64,000 nucleotides of DNA from a candidate division FCPU426 bacterium (GTDB lineage: Bacteria > Oederibacteriota > JAAXVQ01 > JAUVAV01). Made by a program: the position numbers and the translations under genes. Location of the stretch: NCBI GenBank assembly GCA_040756875.1, contig JBFLYH010000003.1:295073-359072 (forward strand), given 5' to 3'. This document shows positions 39,773 to 49,241 of the stretch, one piece after another. Under the pieces are notes generated by a model. It saw nothing but the letters and a program-made list of their open reading frames with translations, was not told where the DNA came from and searched no databases. The first letter of the stretch is position 1, and every line of letters begins with the position of its first letter.

Positions 39773-40528
39773 TCAAGCCTGAGGGAGGTGGGCTGAAAGG
39801 AACCGGCGCATGTGCCCGGCCACGGTCAGGTACTCCTGGTCAAGGGTAATGACATGGTAGGAATCGGTCAGGCGGTGCTTTTCCTTCACCGCCGAGCCGG
39901 CGTGGCGATAGCAGTAATCCATGCAATCCGGCGGGATGACATGGTCTTCCTGGGCTTGGATCGTCAGCAAGGGTGCCGTAATGCGCGGCAGGGCCTCCCG
40001 GGCTGCGGCCATGACCTGCCGCAGATCCATCAGGCTTTTCATGGCATGGCGGGAATAGCACGGATCCTCGAACTGCCTTACCTTGACGTCGGTCTTACCC
40101 GCCTCGCGCCACAGCCCGAGCCAGGCGAGCACCGGCAGAAAGGATTGGCGCCAGTCGCGCAAATACAAGGCTGGAGACAGGGCCACCACGGCGCTTACCG
40201 GCCGCACAGACGCCACATGCAGGGCCAGGGCCCCTCCCATGGAGAGGCCGGCCACTGCCGGACGGGGGTGCGTGCGCGCCAACTCGTCCCAGGCGGCCAC
40301 CGCGGCGTCGAGCCAATCCCGGGAGCTGTGGCTGGCCAAATCTTCGGGCGTGGTGCCTGATCCCGGCAGCAGCGGCAAGGAAAGGGTGAACCCGGCCCGG
40401 GCGAGCTCCTCGGCTACTGGCAATACGGTCTTGGGGGAGCAGGTGAATCCGTGCAAAAAAACGAGGGCCCGGGGCCCGCCGGTCAAACGGATGGGTTTGC
40501 CGTCGAGGGAGGCTGCGGCTTCGTTCAT
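39773..40528 (-). CDS. alpha/beta hydrolase (esterase/lipase-type), 251 aa
   Basis: 'VFLHGFT' oxyanion region, nucleophile elbow 'GLSMGG', late 'D..I' and 'SYH' blocks. Confidence 0.8.
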   Translation of the reverse strand: MNEAAASLDGKPIRLTGGPRALVFLHGFTCSPKTVLPVAEELARAGFTLSLPLLPGSGTTPEDLASHSSRDWLDAAVAAWDELARTHPRPAVAGLSMGGALALHVASVRPVSAVVALSPALYLRDWRQSFLPVLAWLGLWREAGKTDVKVRQFEDPCYSRHAMKSLMDLRQVMAAAREALPRITAPLLTIQAQEDHVIPPDCMDYCYRHAGSAVKEKHRLTDSYHVITLDQEYLTVAGHMRRFLSAHLPQA

Positions 40529-41430
40529 GGCTGCTTTTTCTGGAGTGAACGGATCATTTCCATGAGGGTGTTCATGCTGTCTTTGCTGAAAACGGAGCGG
40601 TCGTAGGCGGTCAGCTGCCGGCCCTGGCTATCCACGATTTCCAAGCCGTCAAACGTCGTGAATTCGTAACGACGGACCACCAACTGCGCCACGCTCAGGA
40701 TCACCTGCAACAAGTCTTCGCGCAGCGAGGGAGTGGCCAGGGAATCGAACGGAGGCGTCCCGGGCGTGAAATCCAGGATGAGGCGGAAACGGCCCGGGGC
40801 GGTGCGGTTGCGCAAGGACAGGTCGGATTCGGCGAATTCCCCGCGCACGCCTTGGAGCTTGAACAAGCGCTCTCCAACCAGACTCGCTTGCAACTGGGTG
40901 CGGACCCGCTCGGCGATCTGGCGGCTGAGGAACTCAGACAGTCGCCACGCCTTGGGTGCAAACATCGGAACGTTTCCTGCTTCCGCCGGAGTCTCAGCCC
41001 GGACGTCGATCAGGAGGCGCTGGAAATAATCCGTGCGGGAAATATCGTCCATGATCAGGCGCCGGATGTCCTTGATATACCGGACAAAAGAGACCTCCAC
41101 GCCTAGCGTGGGGTCGCGGAGCGTGACCACGAAAAACTCATAAGGAAACTGGGAGGAAAGCGTCACACGGGAGGTGGTCAGCATGACGTTTTCAATCTTG
41201 TTCAACGCCTGGTCTGAAAAGCTGAGGTCCTTGAGGAGGGAGTTGGGCGTCACGACCAATGCGCCTATGGTGGTGCCCGAGGCTTTGACCTGGACCTGGA
41301 CCTTGTACTCGGCTCGGCAGATCTTGGCGATGGTGTCTTCCACGCTGCCCTCCGGATAGGAAGGACGGCAGCCGGTCCACAGGGGGGCCAGAAGCAATAG
41401 GCTGGCGAGGAGTCGCAGGGCGGCGTTCAC
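40525..41430 (-). CDS. hypothetical lipoprotein, 301 aa
   Basis: Signal peptide with lipobox 'APLWTGC'. No recognisable domain. It overlaps the downstream gene start by 4 nt. Confidence 0.6.
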   Translation of the reverse strand: MNAALRLLASLLLLAPLWTGCRPSYPEGSVEDTIAKICRAEYKVQVQVKASGTTIGALVVTPNSLLKDLSFSDQALNKIENVMLTTSRVTLSSQFPYEFFVVTLRDPTLGVEVSFVRYIKDIRRLIMDDISRTDYFQRLLIDVRAETPAEAGNVPMFAPKAWRLSEFLSRQIAERVRTQLQASLVGERLFKLQGVRGEFAESDLSLRNRTAPGRFRLILDFTPGTPPFDSLATPSLREDLLQVILSVAQLVVRRYEFTTFDGLEIVDSQGRQLTAYDRSVFSKDSMNTLMEMIRSLQKKQP

Positions 41431-41435
41431 GGCAG

Positions 41436-43160
41436 TCAGGATTTTGACTTGGATCCGGATTTGCGTTCGGATTTGCGGACGGTTTCCGCCTTGGGTTCGA
41501 GTGCCGGCGCAGCCGGAAGCGCCGGCACGCTGGGCGTGGCCAGCACGGGCTTGGGGATGGGATGAGCCAGCCCGAACTCCGCGAAAATGGCGTCGATTTC
41601 GTCGTAGTCGAGCTCTTCTTTCTCAAGCAACGCCTTTACGAAGCGGTCCACGACTTTCCAATTCTTTTTCAACACCCGCGTGGTGTCGTCGCTGCATTCC
41701 CGCAGAATCCGCTCGGTTTCGGCGTTCAGGCGTTCCTTGAGGGATTCGGAAATCTGGCCTTCGGGCATCATGGAAAAATCACCTAGAAAACCGTTTCCGC
41801 CCATTCCCACTTTCCACACCATGTGATGGGCGATCGCCATGGCTTTCTGAAAATCCGCCGCAACGCCGGCGCTGGTAACGCCGAAGCGGAGTTTCTCAGC
41901 CATGTATCCAGCCAGCGCGGCCTTGATTTCGGCCATGGCCACTTCCCGGTCCTGGTTGTAGTATTCCTCGCGGGGCAAATGATGCACCACGCCCAGCGTG
42001 CCGCCGCGCGAGATGATGGAAGCCTTGAAAACGTCATCCTGCGGATGAAGAAGATAGAGAATGACCAGGTGCCCGGCTTCGTGGTAGGCCACCAGCTCCC
42101 TTTCGTGCGGTGTCATGGTCTTGCGATGCTCCACGCCCAACTCGATGCGCTCGATGGCTTTGATCATGTCAGCCAGCCCGATCTGCTCGCTCCCGCGGCG
42201 CATGGCGATCAAAGCGGATTCCTTGACCACGCTCTCGATGTCCGCCGGGCTCTTGCCCACGGCCTTGCGGGCCAGGCGGCCGATATCCAGATCAGGATCA
42301 TGTTGCACTTTGGCCAGATAGTAACGGAAAAGCTCCTCCCGTTCCTGCAGGTTGGGCTTGTCGATAAATATCTTGCGGTCAAAGCGGCCAGGGCGCATGA
42401 GCGCGGCGTCGAGCACATTTTCAGCAGCATTGGTCGCGCCGATGACCACGATGTTGACGCCCCGGGATTCCAGGCCGTCCATTTCCACCAGCAACTGGTT
42501 CTGGGTGCTGTTGGTCTCTTCGCCGCCACCCATGTAGCTGAAGGTCCGGCCACGGCCAATGACTTCGATTTCATCGATGAACACTATGCAGCAGCCTTCG
42601 GCGTAAGCCAGTTGCCGGGCTTGCTTGAAAAGTTTGCGCACGCGCGACGCGCCCACGCCCACGAAGACTTCCACGAATTCGGAGCCGGCCACGGACAGGA
42701 ACGGCACCTTGGCTTCTGTGGCAATGGCCTTGGCCAGCAGGGTCTTGCCGCAGCCCGGCGGACCTACCAGCAGCAGCCCGCGGAGGATCTTGCCGCCGAT
42801 CATTTTGAGCCGGGAGCGGTCACGGATCAACTGCACCACTTCCCAGGCTTCCCGCTTCGCCTGCTCCAGGCCGATGACATCCGTGAACTTGACACTCACG
42901 AACGCGGATTTGATCTTCTGCTTTTTCATCTGGGAAAAACCGCCGCGGAACACGGTCATGTACAAATAAACGAAAACCACGGCATTGAGGGCGGTCATGA
43001 GTAATTGCAGCGGAAGAGTGGCCAGGGTCAGATTGAGGTAAAAGGATTCCAGCGAAGCCAGGCCGACAATCGTGAAAAAAATCAGCAGCACGACTGCGAC
43101 GATGATCAGGATCCGGACCCAGTAATTCATGAACCAGACTTTAATGCGTCGGTACAGCAT
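41436..43160 (-). CDS. ftsH: divergent FtsH-family AAA+ zinc metalloprotease, 574 aa
   Basis: Two N-terminal TM segments. Walker A 'GPPGCGKT', Walker B 'IVFIDEIE', 'RPGRFDR', zinc motif 'HEAGH'. Lys/Ser-rich tail. Confidence 0.8.
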   Translation of the reverse strand: MLYRRIKVWFMNYWVRILIIVAVVLLIFFTIVGLASLESFYLNLTLATLPLQLLMTALNAVVFVYLYMTVFRGGFSQMKKQKIKSAFVSVKFTDVIGLEQAKREAWEVVQLIRDRSRLKMIGGKILRGLLLVGPPGCGKTLLAKAIATEAKVPFLSVAGSEFVEVFVGVGASRVRKLFKQARQLAYAEGCCIVFIDEIEVIGRGRTFSYMGGGEETNSTQNQLLVEMDGLESRGVNIVVIGATNAAENVLDAALMRPGRFDRKIFIDKPNLQEREELFRYYLAKVQHDPDLDIGRLARKAVGKSPADIESVVKESALIAMRRGSEQIGLADMIKAIERIELGVEHRKTMTPHERELVAYHEAGHLVILYLLHPQDDVFKASIISRGGTLGVVHHLPREEYYNQDREVAMAEIKAALAGYMAEKLRFGVTSAGVAADFQKAMAIAHHMVWKVGMGGNGFLGDFSMMPEGQISESLKERLNAETERILRECSDDTTRVLKKNWKVVDRFVKALLEKEELDYDEIDAIFAEFGLAHPIPKPVLATPSVPALPAAPALEPKAETVRKSERKSGSKSKS

Positions 43161-43272
43161 GGAACAATCTCCCTCGGCTAAAAGGCCGTTTCAATCCGTT
43201 CTTAGACCCCGGGTTCAGCTGAACGGTCTTGGGAAAGCGGCCGGTGAAGGCCGGGTTCTACTGAAGGGTTTG

Positions 43273-43551
43273 TTAAGCCTCGACTTTGTGGGTGATGACC
43301 ACTATTTTAATGGCGCTTTTGCGTTCGCCGTCCAATTCCAAATGCATGAATTCGGGCCTGAAGGTCAGCTCGATTTTATCGTCAGCCAGATAAGAGCGGG
43401 AAATGGTGATGGCTTTGATCGCCTGGTTCACGCTTTGCGGGCCCATGGCCACGACCTCGATGTCCTTGCCTTCCCGGATGTTATTGGCGATAGCCCCTGC
43501 GACCGTGGCGGGATTGCTCTTTCCGGCGACTTTCAACGTGAGGAGTGGCAT
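43273..43551 (-). CDS. spoVS: SpoVS family protein, 92 aa
   Basis: 'LKVAGKSNPATVAGAIANNIREGKDIEVVAMGPQSVNQAIKAITISRSY' closely follows the SpoVS pattern. ORF trimmed to ATG 43551, which has AAGGAG 9 nt upstream. Confidence 0.85.
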   Translation of the reverse strand: MPLLTLKVAGKSNPATVAGAIANNIREGKDIEVVAMGPQSVNQAIKAITISRSYLADDKIELTFRPEFMHLELDGERKSAIKIVVITHKVEA

Positions 43552-43617
43552 GGTGGCATGTCTCCTTTGCGGCGTTTCCCTGTTCGGGTCCACCCAGCAT
43601 GGGCTTCGTATTATTTA

Positions 43618-43646
43618 AGTATAGCACACGGGGAGGGGCTTTTCAA
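43618..43646 (-). promoter_or_regulatory. sigma70-like promoter TTGAAA-17 nt-TATACT upstream of spoVS
   Basis: Minus-strand reading: TTGAAA (43646-43641, overlapping the rsmI stop), TATACT (43623-43618). Confidence 0.5.
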
Positions 43647-44494
43647 TTTCGCTTCTTGGCCAGAATATGCGCCAGGGCATAGACCTCGGACCGCGGCAAC
43701 CCTAATTTTCGGGCGATTTGGGCTGCTGCTTGATTCAGGGATAGGCCTTCAGCCTCCAGGCGCCGTAGCTGTTCCGCGATGCCGACCTCTTCGGTCCGGC
43801 GCGCTTCCTGGGCCCCGGCCAGAACGAGGGTGTACTCCCCTTGGGTTTTCCGTTTGGCCAGGGCACCCAGCTCCGAAAGGGGGGCGCGCTGGAATTCCTC
43901 GTATTTTTTAGTCATTTCCCGGCACAAAGCAGCCCGGCGGTCTCCAAAAACCGCCAGCATTTGTTCAAGGGTCTCGACCAGGCGATGGGGAGACACGAAG
44001 AATACCAGAGTTTCCTGGCGGTCCTTCAGGTCTGAAAACCAGCGCTGTTGGGCGCTGGCTTTGGCCGGTGGATAGCCGAAAAAGGCAAACATCTCCATGG
44101 GCAGGCCCGACCCCACCAGGGCGGTCAGCAAGGCCGAGGCGCCGGGAACAACTTCAACCGGCAGGGAGAGCCGCAAGGCCTCGGCCAACAGCCAGTATCC
44201 CGGGTCGGAAATGCCCGGCGTGCCGGCGTCCGTCACCAGGGCCAGGTTTTGTCCGGCGGTCAGCTGCCGCAGCAAGGCCGGCGTGCGCTGGTGCTCGTTG
44301 TCCTTGTGGTAGCTTTCCAGGGGGCGTTGGATGTTATAGTGGTCGAGCAAAATGCGGGTGCGGCGGGTGTCCTCGGCCAGGATCACATCCGCGGTCTGCA
44401 ATTTTTTCAGGGCCCGCAGCGTGATGTCTTCAAGATTGCCGATGGGCGTGGCGATGAGGCTGAGCGTTCCCGGGGCGCCTTCCGCTGCGCTCAT
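43643..44494 (-). CDS. rsmI: 16S rRNA (cytidine1402-2'-O)-methyltransferase, 283 aa
   Basis: 'LSLIATPIGNLEDITLRALKKLQTADVILAEDTR', 'TDAGTPGISDPG'. Confidence 0.9.
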   Translation of the reverse strand: MSAAEGAPGTLSLIATPIGNLEDITLRALKKLQTADVILAEDTRRTRILLDHYNIQRPLESYHKDNEHQRTPALLRQLTAGQNLALVTDAGTPGISDPGYWLLAEALRLSLPVEVVPGASALLTALVGSGLPMEMFAFFGYPPAKASAQQRWFSDLKDRQETLVFFVSPHRLVETLEQMLAVFGDRRAALCREMTKKYEEFQRAPLSELGALAKRKTQGEYTLVLAGAQEARRTEEVGIAEQLRRLEAEGLSLNQAAAQIARKLGLPRSEVYALAHILAKKRN

Positions 44495-44979
44495 GGCCGG
44501 GGCGTTGGAGACGCGGCGCGCCGTTGCAATTGCTTCAGGGTTGCTGCCAGCAGGCCTTCCATTTTATCCAATTCGCCGGGTTGGAGTTCCTGGCCTTCGG
44601 CGATTTCCTTCACCACCTGGACGTAGAAGAGCAACTGGCCGCCGTTCTGGCGGTCCAGGCGGTCCAGCGCCCGCATCATCCGGCTGACCTCGTCCAGCAT
44701 CCGGCGCAGCCGTTCCCCGTCCGCCTGGGTGAATTTGCCCTGGTTGCGCTCCAGGCTGCGCCGGGCTTCATCCACATTGGTGGTTAGGGTGACCTTGATG
44801 AACTTGGCCTGATTGGCGCGGACGAAAACGACCGTTGTCGCGCCCAAGGCCGCCAGACCCAGGATGACGGCCAACAGCCAGCCCCAATGCGTCCCGCGCG
44901 AAATCCGCGCCGGGACACCGCGGACGGCGTTCCGGGACTCTTCCCGTTGCTGCTGGCGCATCCGCTGTTTCCTGCCCAT
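44491..44979 (-). CDS. hypothetical membrane-anchored protein, 162 aa
   Basis: Basic N-terminus, one TM segment (WGWLLAVILGLAALGATTVVFV), helical charged remainder. GGAGGA SD. ATGA overlap with rsmI. Confidence 0.55.
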   Translation of the reverse strand: MGRKQRMRQQQREESRNAVRGVPARISRGTHWGWLLAVILGLAALGATTVVFVRANQAKFIKVTLTTNVDEARRSLERNQGKFTQADGERLRRMLDEVSRMMRALDRLDRQNGGQLLFYVQVVKEIAEGQELQPGELDKMEGLLAATLKQLQRRAASPTPRP

Positions 44980-45022
44980 CAGGTTCTTCCTCCCGCTTCC
45001 ACGGCGCTGGCCGAGTTCCTTT

Positions 45023-46243
45023 TCAAAACGTTCCGCCGCGCGGCACGTAAGCGCGCTGGTTGTCCGGAATCGGCGCCGGCTGCCTGAGCCCCGCGGATTC
45101 GCGGATACGGTGGTATACCCACCGGAGTTTCTCCTCGTGTACGCCCAAGCGCTGCAAATGGGAAAGGGAAACCCTCACGTCCAATACCTGGTAAAGGTAA
45201 TAATCGATTTCCTTCCAGGCCCGAACGGTCGTTCGGCCGTTTCCGGGCTGTTGGGCGTGATCGGTCACTACCCGCGGCACATTGAGGGCGCGCGCCAGTT
45301 CCAAAACCTGGCTCTGATAGAGGTCGCCCAGCAGGTTGAAATCGCAAGCCAATTCGGCGTGGCGGCCCAATCCGCCCACCCAGCATTTGGTTTTGTTTAC
45401 ACTGCCCGCGACCAAGGCTTTCCGGTGCTGGGCTTGATGGTAGAGATAAGCCGCGCGCAAGCGCGCGACCTGCGGCTGGCGTTCCGAAGACGAAAGCCGC
45501 TCCCAGTCGGGCATGCCTGCATGCAGCACAGGACGCAGATCGTGAATGTCCAGGGGGCTCTTGAGAAAACGGGCCACCAACCCGGCCCGGCCCCGGTCCT
45601 GGTTGGACCGTTCTCCTTCCGCATAAAAAACCATATGCACCCGCTCCCGGCCGAGGGCTTCGACCAGGAGGTTAGCGGCCACGGCTGAATCCAGGCCACC
45701 GGACAACCCCAAAACCACGTTCCGCACCCCGGCGCGCTCCATCTGCTCCTGGATGAACTGTATAAGGGACGCCCGCGCCTGTCCGGAATCCAAGCCGGGA
45801 AACTTTAAGGTTTTGATATCGCCTTCCAAGCGCGAACTTTCGAACCAGGCGGGAATGGATCCCGCGGACTCAGCGCGGGGTTCTGAAGCCTGGGCAGCGG
45901 CAGGCCGGTGAGTGGGTTCGATCGCCGGCGCCACGGCCGGTTCCATTGCCGCTACCGCAGACGCCTCGGCGGGCATCGTTTCGGCAATCTCCGGCGTTGG
46001 TTCGGGTTCGGGTTCGGATTCCGGCTCCAAAACAGATTCCGGATCCTGGACGAACCCGGGTTCCTGCGTTGAAACCGGTTGTTCGGTTGATTCCGTGGTC
46101 TGCCCGTCGACTGCCGTCATGCCGGCCGCAAGGGTACGGGGCCTGCGGCGGCCTCTGCCTCCCCGCCGGCGCCGGCGCCGGGGGCGGTGCGGTTTGTCCG
46201 TAGTTGCGGGTGTTTCAGGTCCGATAATCGGTGTCTCGTCCAT
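45023..46243 (-). CDS. nadE: NAD+ synthetase (NadE-type) with ~140-aa low-complexity N-terminal extension, 406 aa
   Basis: PP-loop 'VVLGLSGGLDSAVAA'. ATG 46243 has AGGAG 4-5 nt upstream. No internal ATG exists between 'MEPAVAP' (aa ~92) and the catalytic core. Confidence 0.8.
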   Translation of the reverse strand: MDETPIIGPETPATTDKPHRPRRRRRRGGRGRRRPRTLAAGMTAVDGQTTESTEQPVSTQEPGFVQDPESVLEPESEPEPEPTPEIAETMPAEASAVAAMEPAVAPAIEPTHRPAAAQASEPRAESAGSIPAWFESSRLEGDIKTLKFPGLDSGQARASLIQFIQEQMERAGVRNVVLGLSGGLDSAVAANLLVEALGRERVHMVFYAEGERSNQDRGRAGLVARFLKSPLDIHDLRPVLHAGMPDWERLSSSERQPQVARLRAAYLYHQAQHRKALVAGSVNKTKCWVGGLGRHAELACDFNLLGDLYQSQVLELARALNVPRVVTDHAQQPGNGRTTVRAWKEIDYYLYQVLDVRVSLSHLQRLGVHEEKLRWVYHRIRESAGLRQPAPIPDNQRAYVPRGGTF

Positions 46244-46252
46244 AGGCTCCTG

Positions 46253-47137
46253 TCAGTATCCCAAGCTGGCCAGCGTTTCCAGATTCTTGCGCGCAGTGTC
46301 TCCGGCTGGATCGTGCTTGGGAATTTTTTCCCATTCCAGGCGCGCCTGCAGAAAACGCCCCACTTGGAAATACGCGGTTCCCCATCCCAGATGGGCTGCC
46401 GCTAAGGCCGGATCGATCGTCACCGCCTGTTCAAAGGCGGCCATGGCGTCCTCGAGGCGGCCGATTTTGAGATACACATTTCCCAGGTTGTTGTACGCAG
46501 TGGCGCTGCGCGGATTCAGGCGCAGGGTCTGCTGGAATTCATTGAGCGCCTCGGCGTATTTTCCCTGCTTGTAATACACCTGCCCCAGCGCCTGCCTGGC
46601 TTCGGTGTCGCGCGGCTGCTCCTGGGTCAGGCGTTGGTACTGTGCTTCGGCCTTATCGTCTTCCCCCCGGTCGGAATAAAGCTTGGCCAGTTGGGCCGAA
46701 GCGCCGGCGTGCTGGGGATTGAGTTTCAGCGCCTTCTGCCAGGCTTCATAGGCGTCGGTTACCTTGCCTTCGGCGTGGTACGCCTCTCCGCTGCGGAAAT
46801 AAGCGTCCGCCAGGCGCGCGGCGACTTCTGAATCGGCCCCCGCGTTCTGATAGGCTTTTTCCAAAGCCTGCGCCGCTTCCGCTGTCAGGCCCTTGCGTTC
46901 CAAGGCCGAGGCCAATCCCAGATACACTTCGGCCCGCTTGGGTTCCTCCTCGGCCGCCTGATAATATGCGGCGATGGCTTCATCCCAGCGGGACTCGCTT
47001 TCCAGGGCCTGGGCGTGACGGAAATGGCCTCCCACCGAGGCGCACCCCAGCCATACACCGGGCGTAAATAAAACCGCAAGCATCCACCAGCGGCCGGGGA
47101 ACCTATTCGGGAGGGAACTATCCATCGACTGGATCAT
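46253..47137 (-). CDS. TPR-repeat lipoprotein (~294 aa)
   Basis: Lipobox 'VWLGC' followed by about 7 TPR units ('AEVYLGLASALERKG', 'AYNNLGNVYLKIGRLEDA'...). The ORF-track start 47176 is a TTG; ATG 47137 is preferred. Confidence 0.75.
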   Translation of the reverse strand: MIQSMDSSLPNRFPGRWWMLAVLFTPGVWLGCASVGGHFRHAQALESESRWDEAIAAYYQAAEEEPKRAEVYLGLASALERKGLTAEAAQALEKAYQNAGADSEVAARLADAYFRSGEAYHAEGKVTDAYEAWQKALKLNPQHAGASAQLAKLYSDRGEDDKAEAQYQRLTQEQPRDTEARQALGQVYYKQGKYAEALNEFQQTLRLNPRSATAYNNLGNVYLKIGRLEDAMAAFEQAVTIDPALAAAHLGWGTAYFQVGRFLQARLEWEKIPKHDPAGDTARKNLETLASLGY

Positions 47138-47172
47138 TGCGGCTCTTACCGTAGCAAATCCGCCCACCCTTG

Positions 47173-48159
47173 TCAAGCTGGCGGCGTCTCCAGGCCCGCC
47201 CCGGTTTTAGCCAGCGCAGCCACCCAGGCGAGGAAGGCTTCCTCGTCCTCGCACTGGTTGAGCCGGCGCCGGTATTCCGCGCTGTGGGACTGGCCGCGCA
47301 GGTACCAGGCGCCGTGTTTGCGCATTTCCAGGCGGGCCGTACGCTCCCCTTTCAGAGACTGCAGCCCGCGGTAATGCTCCAAAATGAGGCGAGCGCGCGC
47401 CGCCATGTCCGGTTCGGGGAGGGTTTCTCCCGTGGCTAGAAAATGGTTGATATGGGCGAACACCCAGGGCCGGCCGAGCGCGCCCCGTCCGACCATGACC
47501 GCCGCACACCCGGTTTCATCCAGCATCCGGCGCGCTTCCGCGCCGGTCGTCACGTCCCCGTTGCCGATCACGGGCAGTCGCACGGTCCGCACCACGTCGG
47601 CGATGATCTCCCAGCGGGCCCGTCCTTCGAATTTTTGGCTTCGGGTCCGGGCGTGCACGGTCAGCGCGGCCGCGCCGGCCGCCTCCACCCGCTTGGCGAT
47701 TTCCGTCGCGTTCACCTGGTTTTCATCCCAACCGGCGCGGATCTTGACCGTCACCGGACGCGGCGATTTTTTCACGCAAGCCGCCACGACAGCTTCGAGC
47801 AGCTCCGGTTCCTTCAACAGCGCGGAACCGCCGCGATGCCTCACTACTTTGGGCACCGGACAGCCGAAGTTGAGATCCACCACATCCGCGCCCGCGTCGG
47901 CCAGGCGCAGGCTGGCTTCAGCCATGACTTCGGGGTCCGCGCCGAAAAGCTGGAACGACACCGGCTTCTCCCGGGGGTCGGTCGCGAGCATTTTCAGGGT
48001 CTGCGGCTGGCGGCGCACCAGGCCGTGGCAGCTGACCATCTCCGTGCAGACCAGGGCCGCGCCGAAACGCCGGCACATCAGCCGAAACGGCAGGTTGCCG
48101 ATGCCGGCCAAGGGCGCCAAAATCGCCTGCCCCTGGATCTCGACGTCGCCGATCCGCAT
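47173..48159 (-). CDS. dus: tRNA-dihydrouridine synthase, 328 aa
   Basis: 'LAPLAGIGNLPFR', 'DLNFGCP', 'TVHARTR'. ORF trimmed to ATG 48159 (MRIGDVEIQG), 2 nt after the tsaD stop. Confidence 0.9.
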   Translation of the reverse strand: MRIGDVEIQGQAILAPLAGIGNLPFRLMCRRFGAALVCTEMVSCHGLVRRQPQTLKMLATDPREKPVSFQLFGADPEVMAEASLRLADAGADVVDLNFGCPVPKVVRHRGGSALLKEPELLEAVVAACVKKSPRPVTVKIRAGWDENQVNATEIAKRVEAAGAAALTVHARTRSQKFEGRARWEIIADVVRTVRLPVIGNGDVTTGAEARRMLDETGCAAVMVGRGALGRPWVFAHINHFLATGETLPEPDMAARARLILEHYRGLQSLKGERTARLEMRKHGAWYLRGQSHSAEYRRRLNQCEDEEAFLAWVAALAKTGAGLETPPA

Positions 48160-48161
48160 AC

Positions 48162-49196
48162 TTACGCTCCCTCGGGGCTCAAATCCAGCTGCGGCACGGC
48201 CGGCAGGTCCCAGGGCGAGCGCTCGCCGGCCGCCAGACGGCGGCTGCCGGCGGCTGCGATCATGGCCGCGTTGTCCGTGCACCATTCGCGCGGCGGGCAG
48301 ATGAATTCCAAGCCGCGTTCAGCAGCCGCGGCCGCGAAGGCTTCGCGTAGCGGCCGGTTGGCCGCCACGCCGCCGGTGAGCAGAACCGCACGCACGCCGG
48401 TGCGTTCGGCTGTCGCCAGGGTTTTCTGCAGCAGGTCTTCGACGACGGTGCGTTGGAAGGCATCGGCCACGGCCGCGGCCGAAACCGGTTCGCCGGTTTC
48501 CTGCCGGCGCGCCAGCAACACGCGCACCGCGGTCTTCAGGCCGGAATACGAGAAATCCGCCGACCCGTCCTTCATGCGCGGCAGGGTGAAAAGCGGCAGC
48601 GCCGCCGGGGCGCTTTCGCGCGCCGCGCGCTCGATCGACGGCCCTCCCGGATACGCCAGTCCCAGGAGCTTGGCGACTTTGTCGAAGGCTTCGCCGACCG
48701 CGTCATCCCGCGTGCGGGCCAGAAGCCGGTAGGCCGGCACCTGCCGCCGGTCGATCAGAAACAAGCTGGTGTGTCCGCCTGAGGCGACGAGTCCCAGGCA
48801 GGGGTCGGGCAAGGGGGAGCGGTTGAGCTCCGCGGCCAGCAAATGTCCCTCCAGATGGTTGACGCCGATGAAAGGCAGCCCGCGCCCAAAGGCAGCGGCT
48901 TTGGCCCAGGCCAGACCCACCAGCAACGCACCCATGAGGCCTGGTCCGTGCGTCGCCGCCACCGCATCCACGTCCTGCCAGGAGGCATTTGCCTGCCGCA
49001 AGGCTTCGGCTGCGACGCCGGGCAGGTGATGCAAGTGCTGGCGCGAGGCGAGTTCCGGCACCACGCCGCCGAACGGCGCATGGACCGCGAGCTGCGAGGC
49101 CACGACCGAAGAACGCACCTTAAGCTCGCCCCGTTCAGCGGCCACCAGGGCGGCTGCGGTCTCATCGCAGGAAGTTTCAATGCCTAAAACCAACAT
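48162..49196 (-). CDS. tsaD: tRNA N6-threonylcarbamoyladenosine synthesis protein TsaD, 344 aa
   Basis: 'LGIETSCDETAAA', 'VNHLEGH', 'ASGGHT', 'CTDNAAMIA'. ORF trimmed to ATG 49196. Confidence 0.93.
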   Translation of the reverse strand: MLVLGIETSCDETAAALVAAERGELKVRSSVVASQLAVHAPFGGVVPELASRQHLHHLPGVAAEALRQANASWQDVDAVAATHGPGLMGALLVGLAWAKAAAFGRGLPFIGVNHLEGHLLAAELNRSPLPDPCLGLVASGGHTSLFLIDRRQVPAYRLLARTRDDAVGEAFDKVAKLLGLAYPGGPSIERAARESAPAALPLFTLPRMKDGSADFSYSGLKTAVRVLLARRQETGEPVSAAAVADAFQRTVVEDLLQKTLATAERTGVRAVLLTGGVAANRPLREAFAAAAAERGLEFICPPREWCTDNAAMIAAAGSRRLAAGERSPWDLPAVPQLDLSPEGA

Positions 49197-49241
49197 CTCG
49201 GGTTCCTCTCGGAGGGTACAGTCGGAGATTGACGGGGAGGA

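Noticed and set aside
43215-43226. 12-bp perfect palindrome GTTCAGCTGAAC between spoVS and the ftsH-like gene
   Set aside because: It is a single short palindrome with no second copy in the window and no associated regulator. It could be chance.
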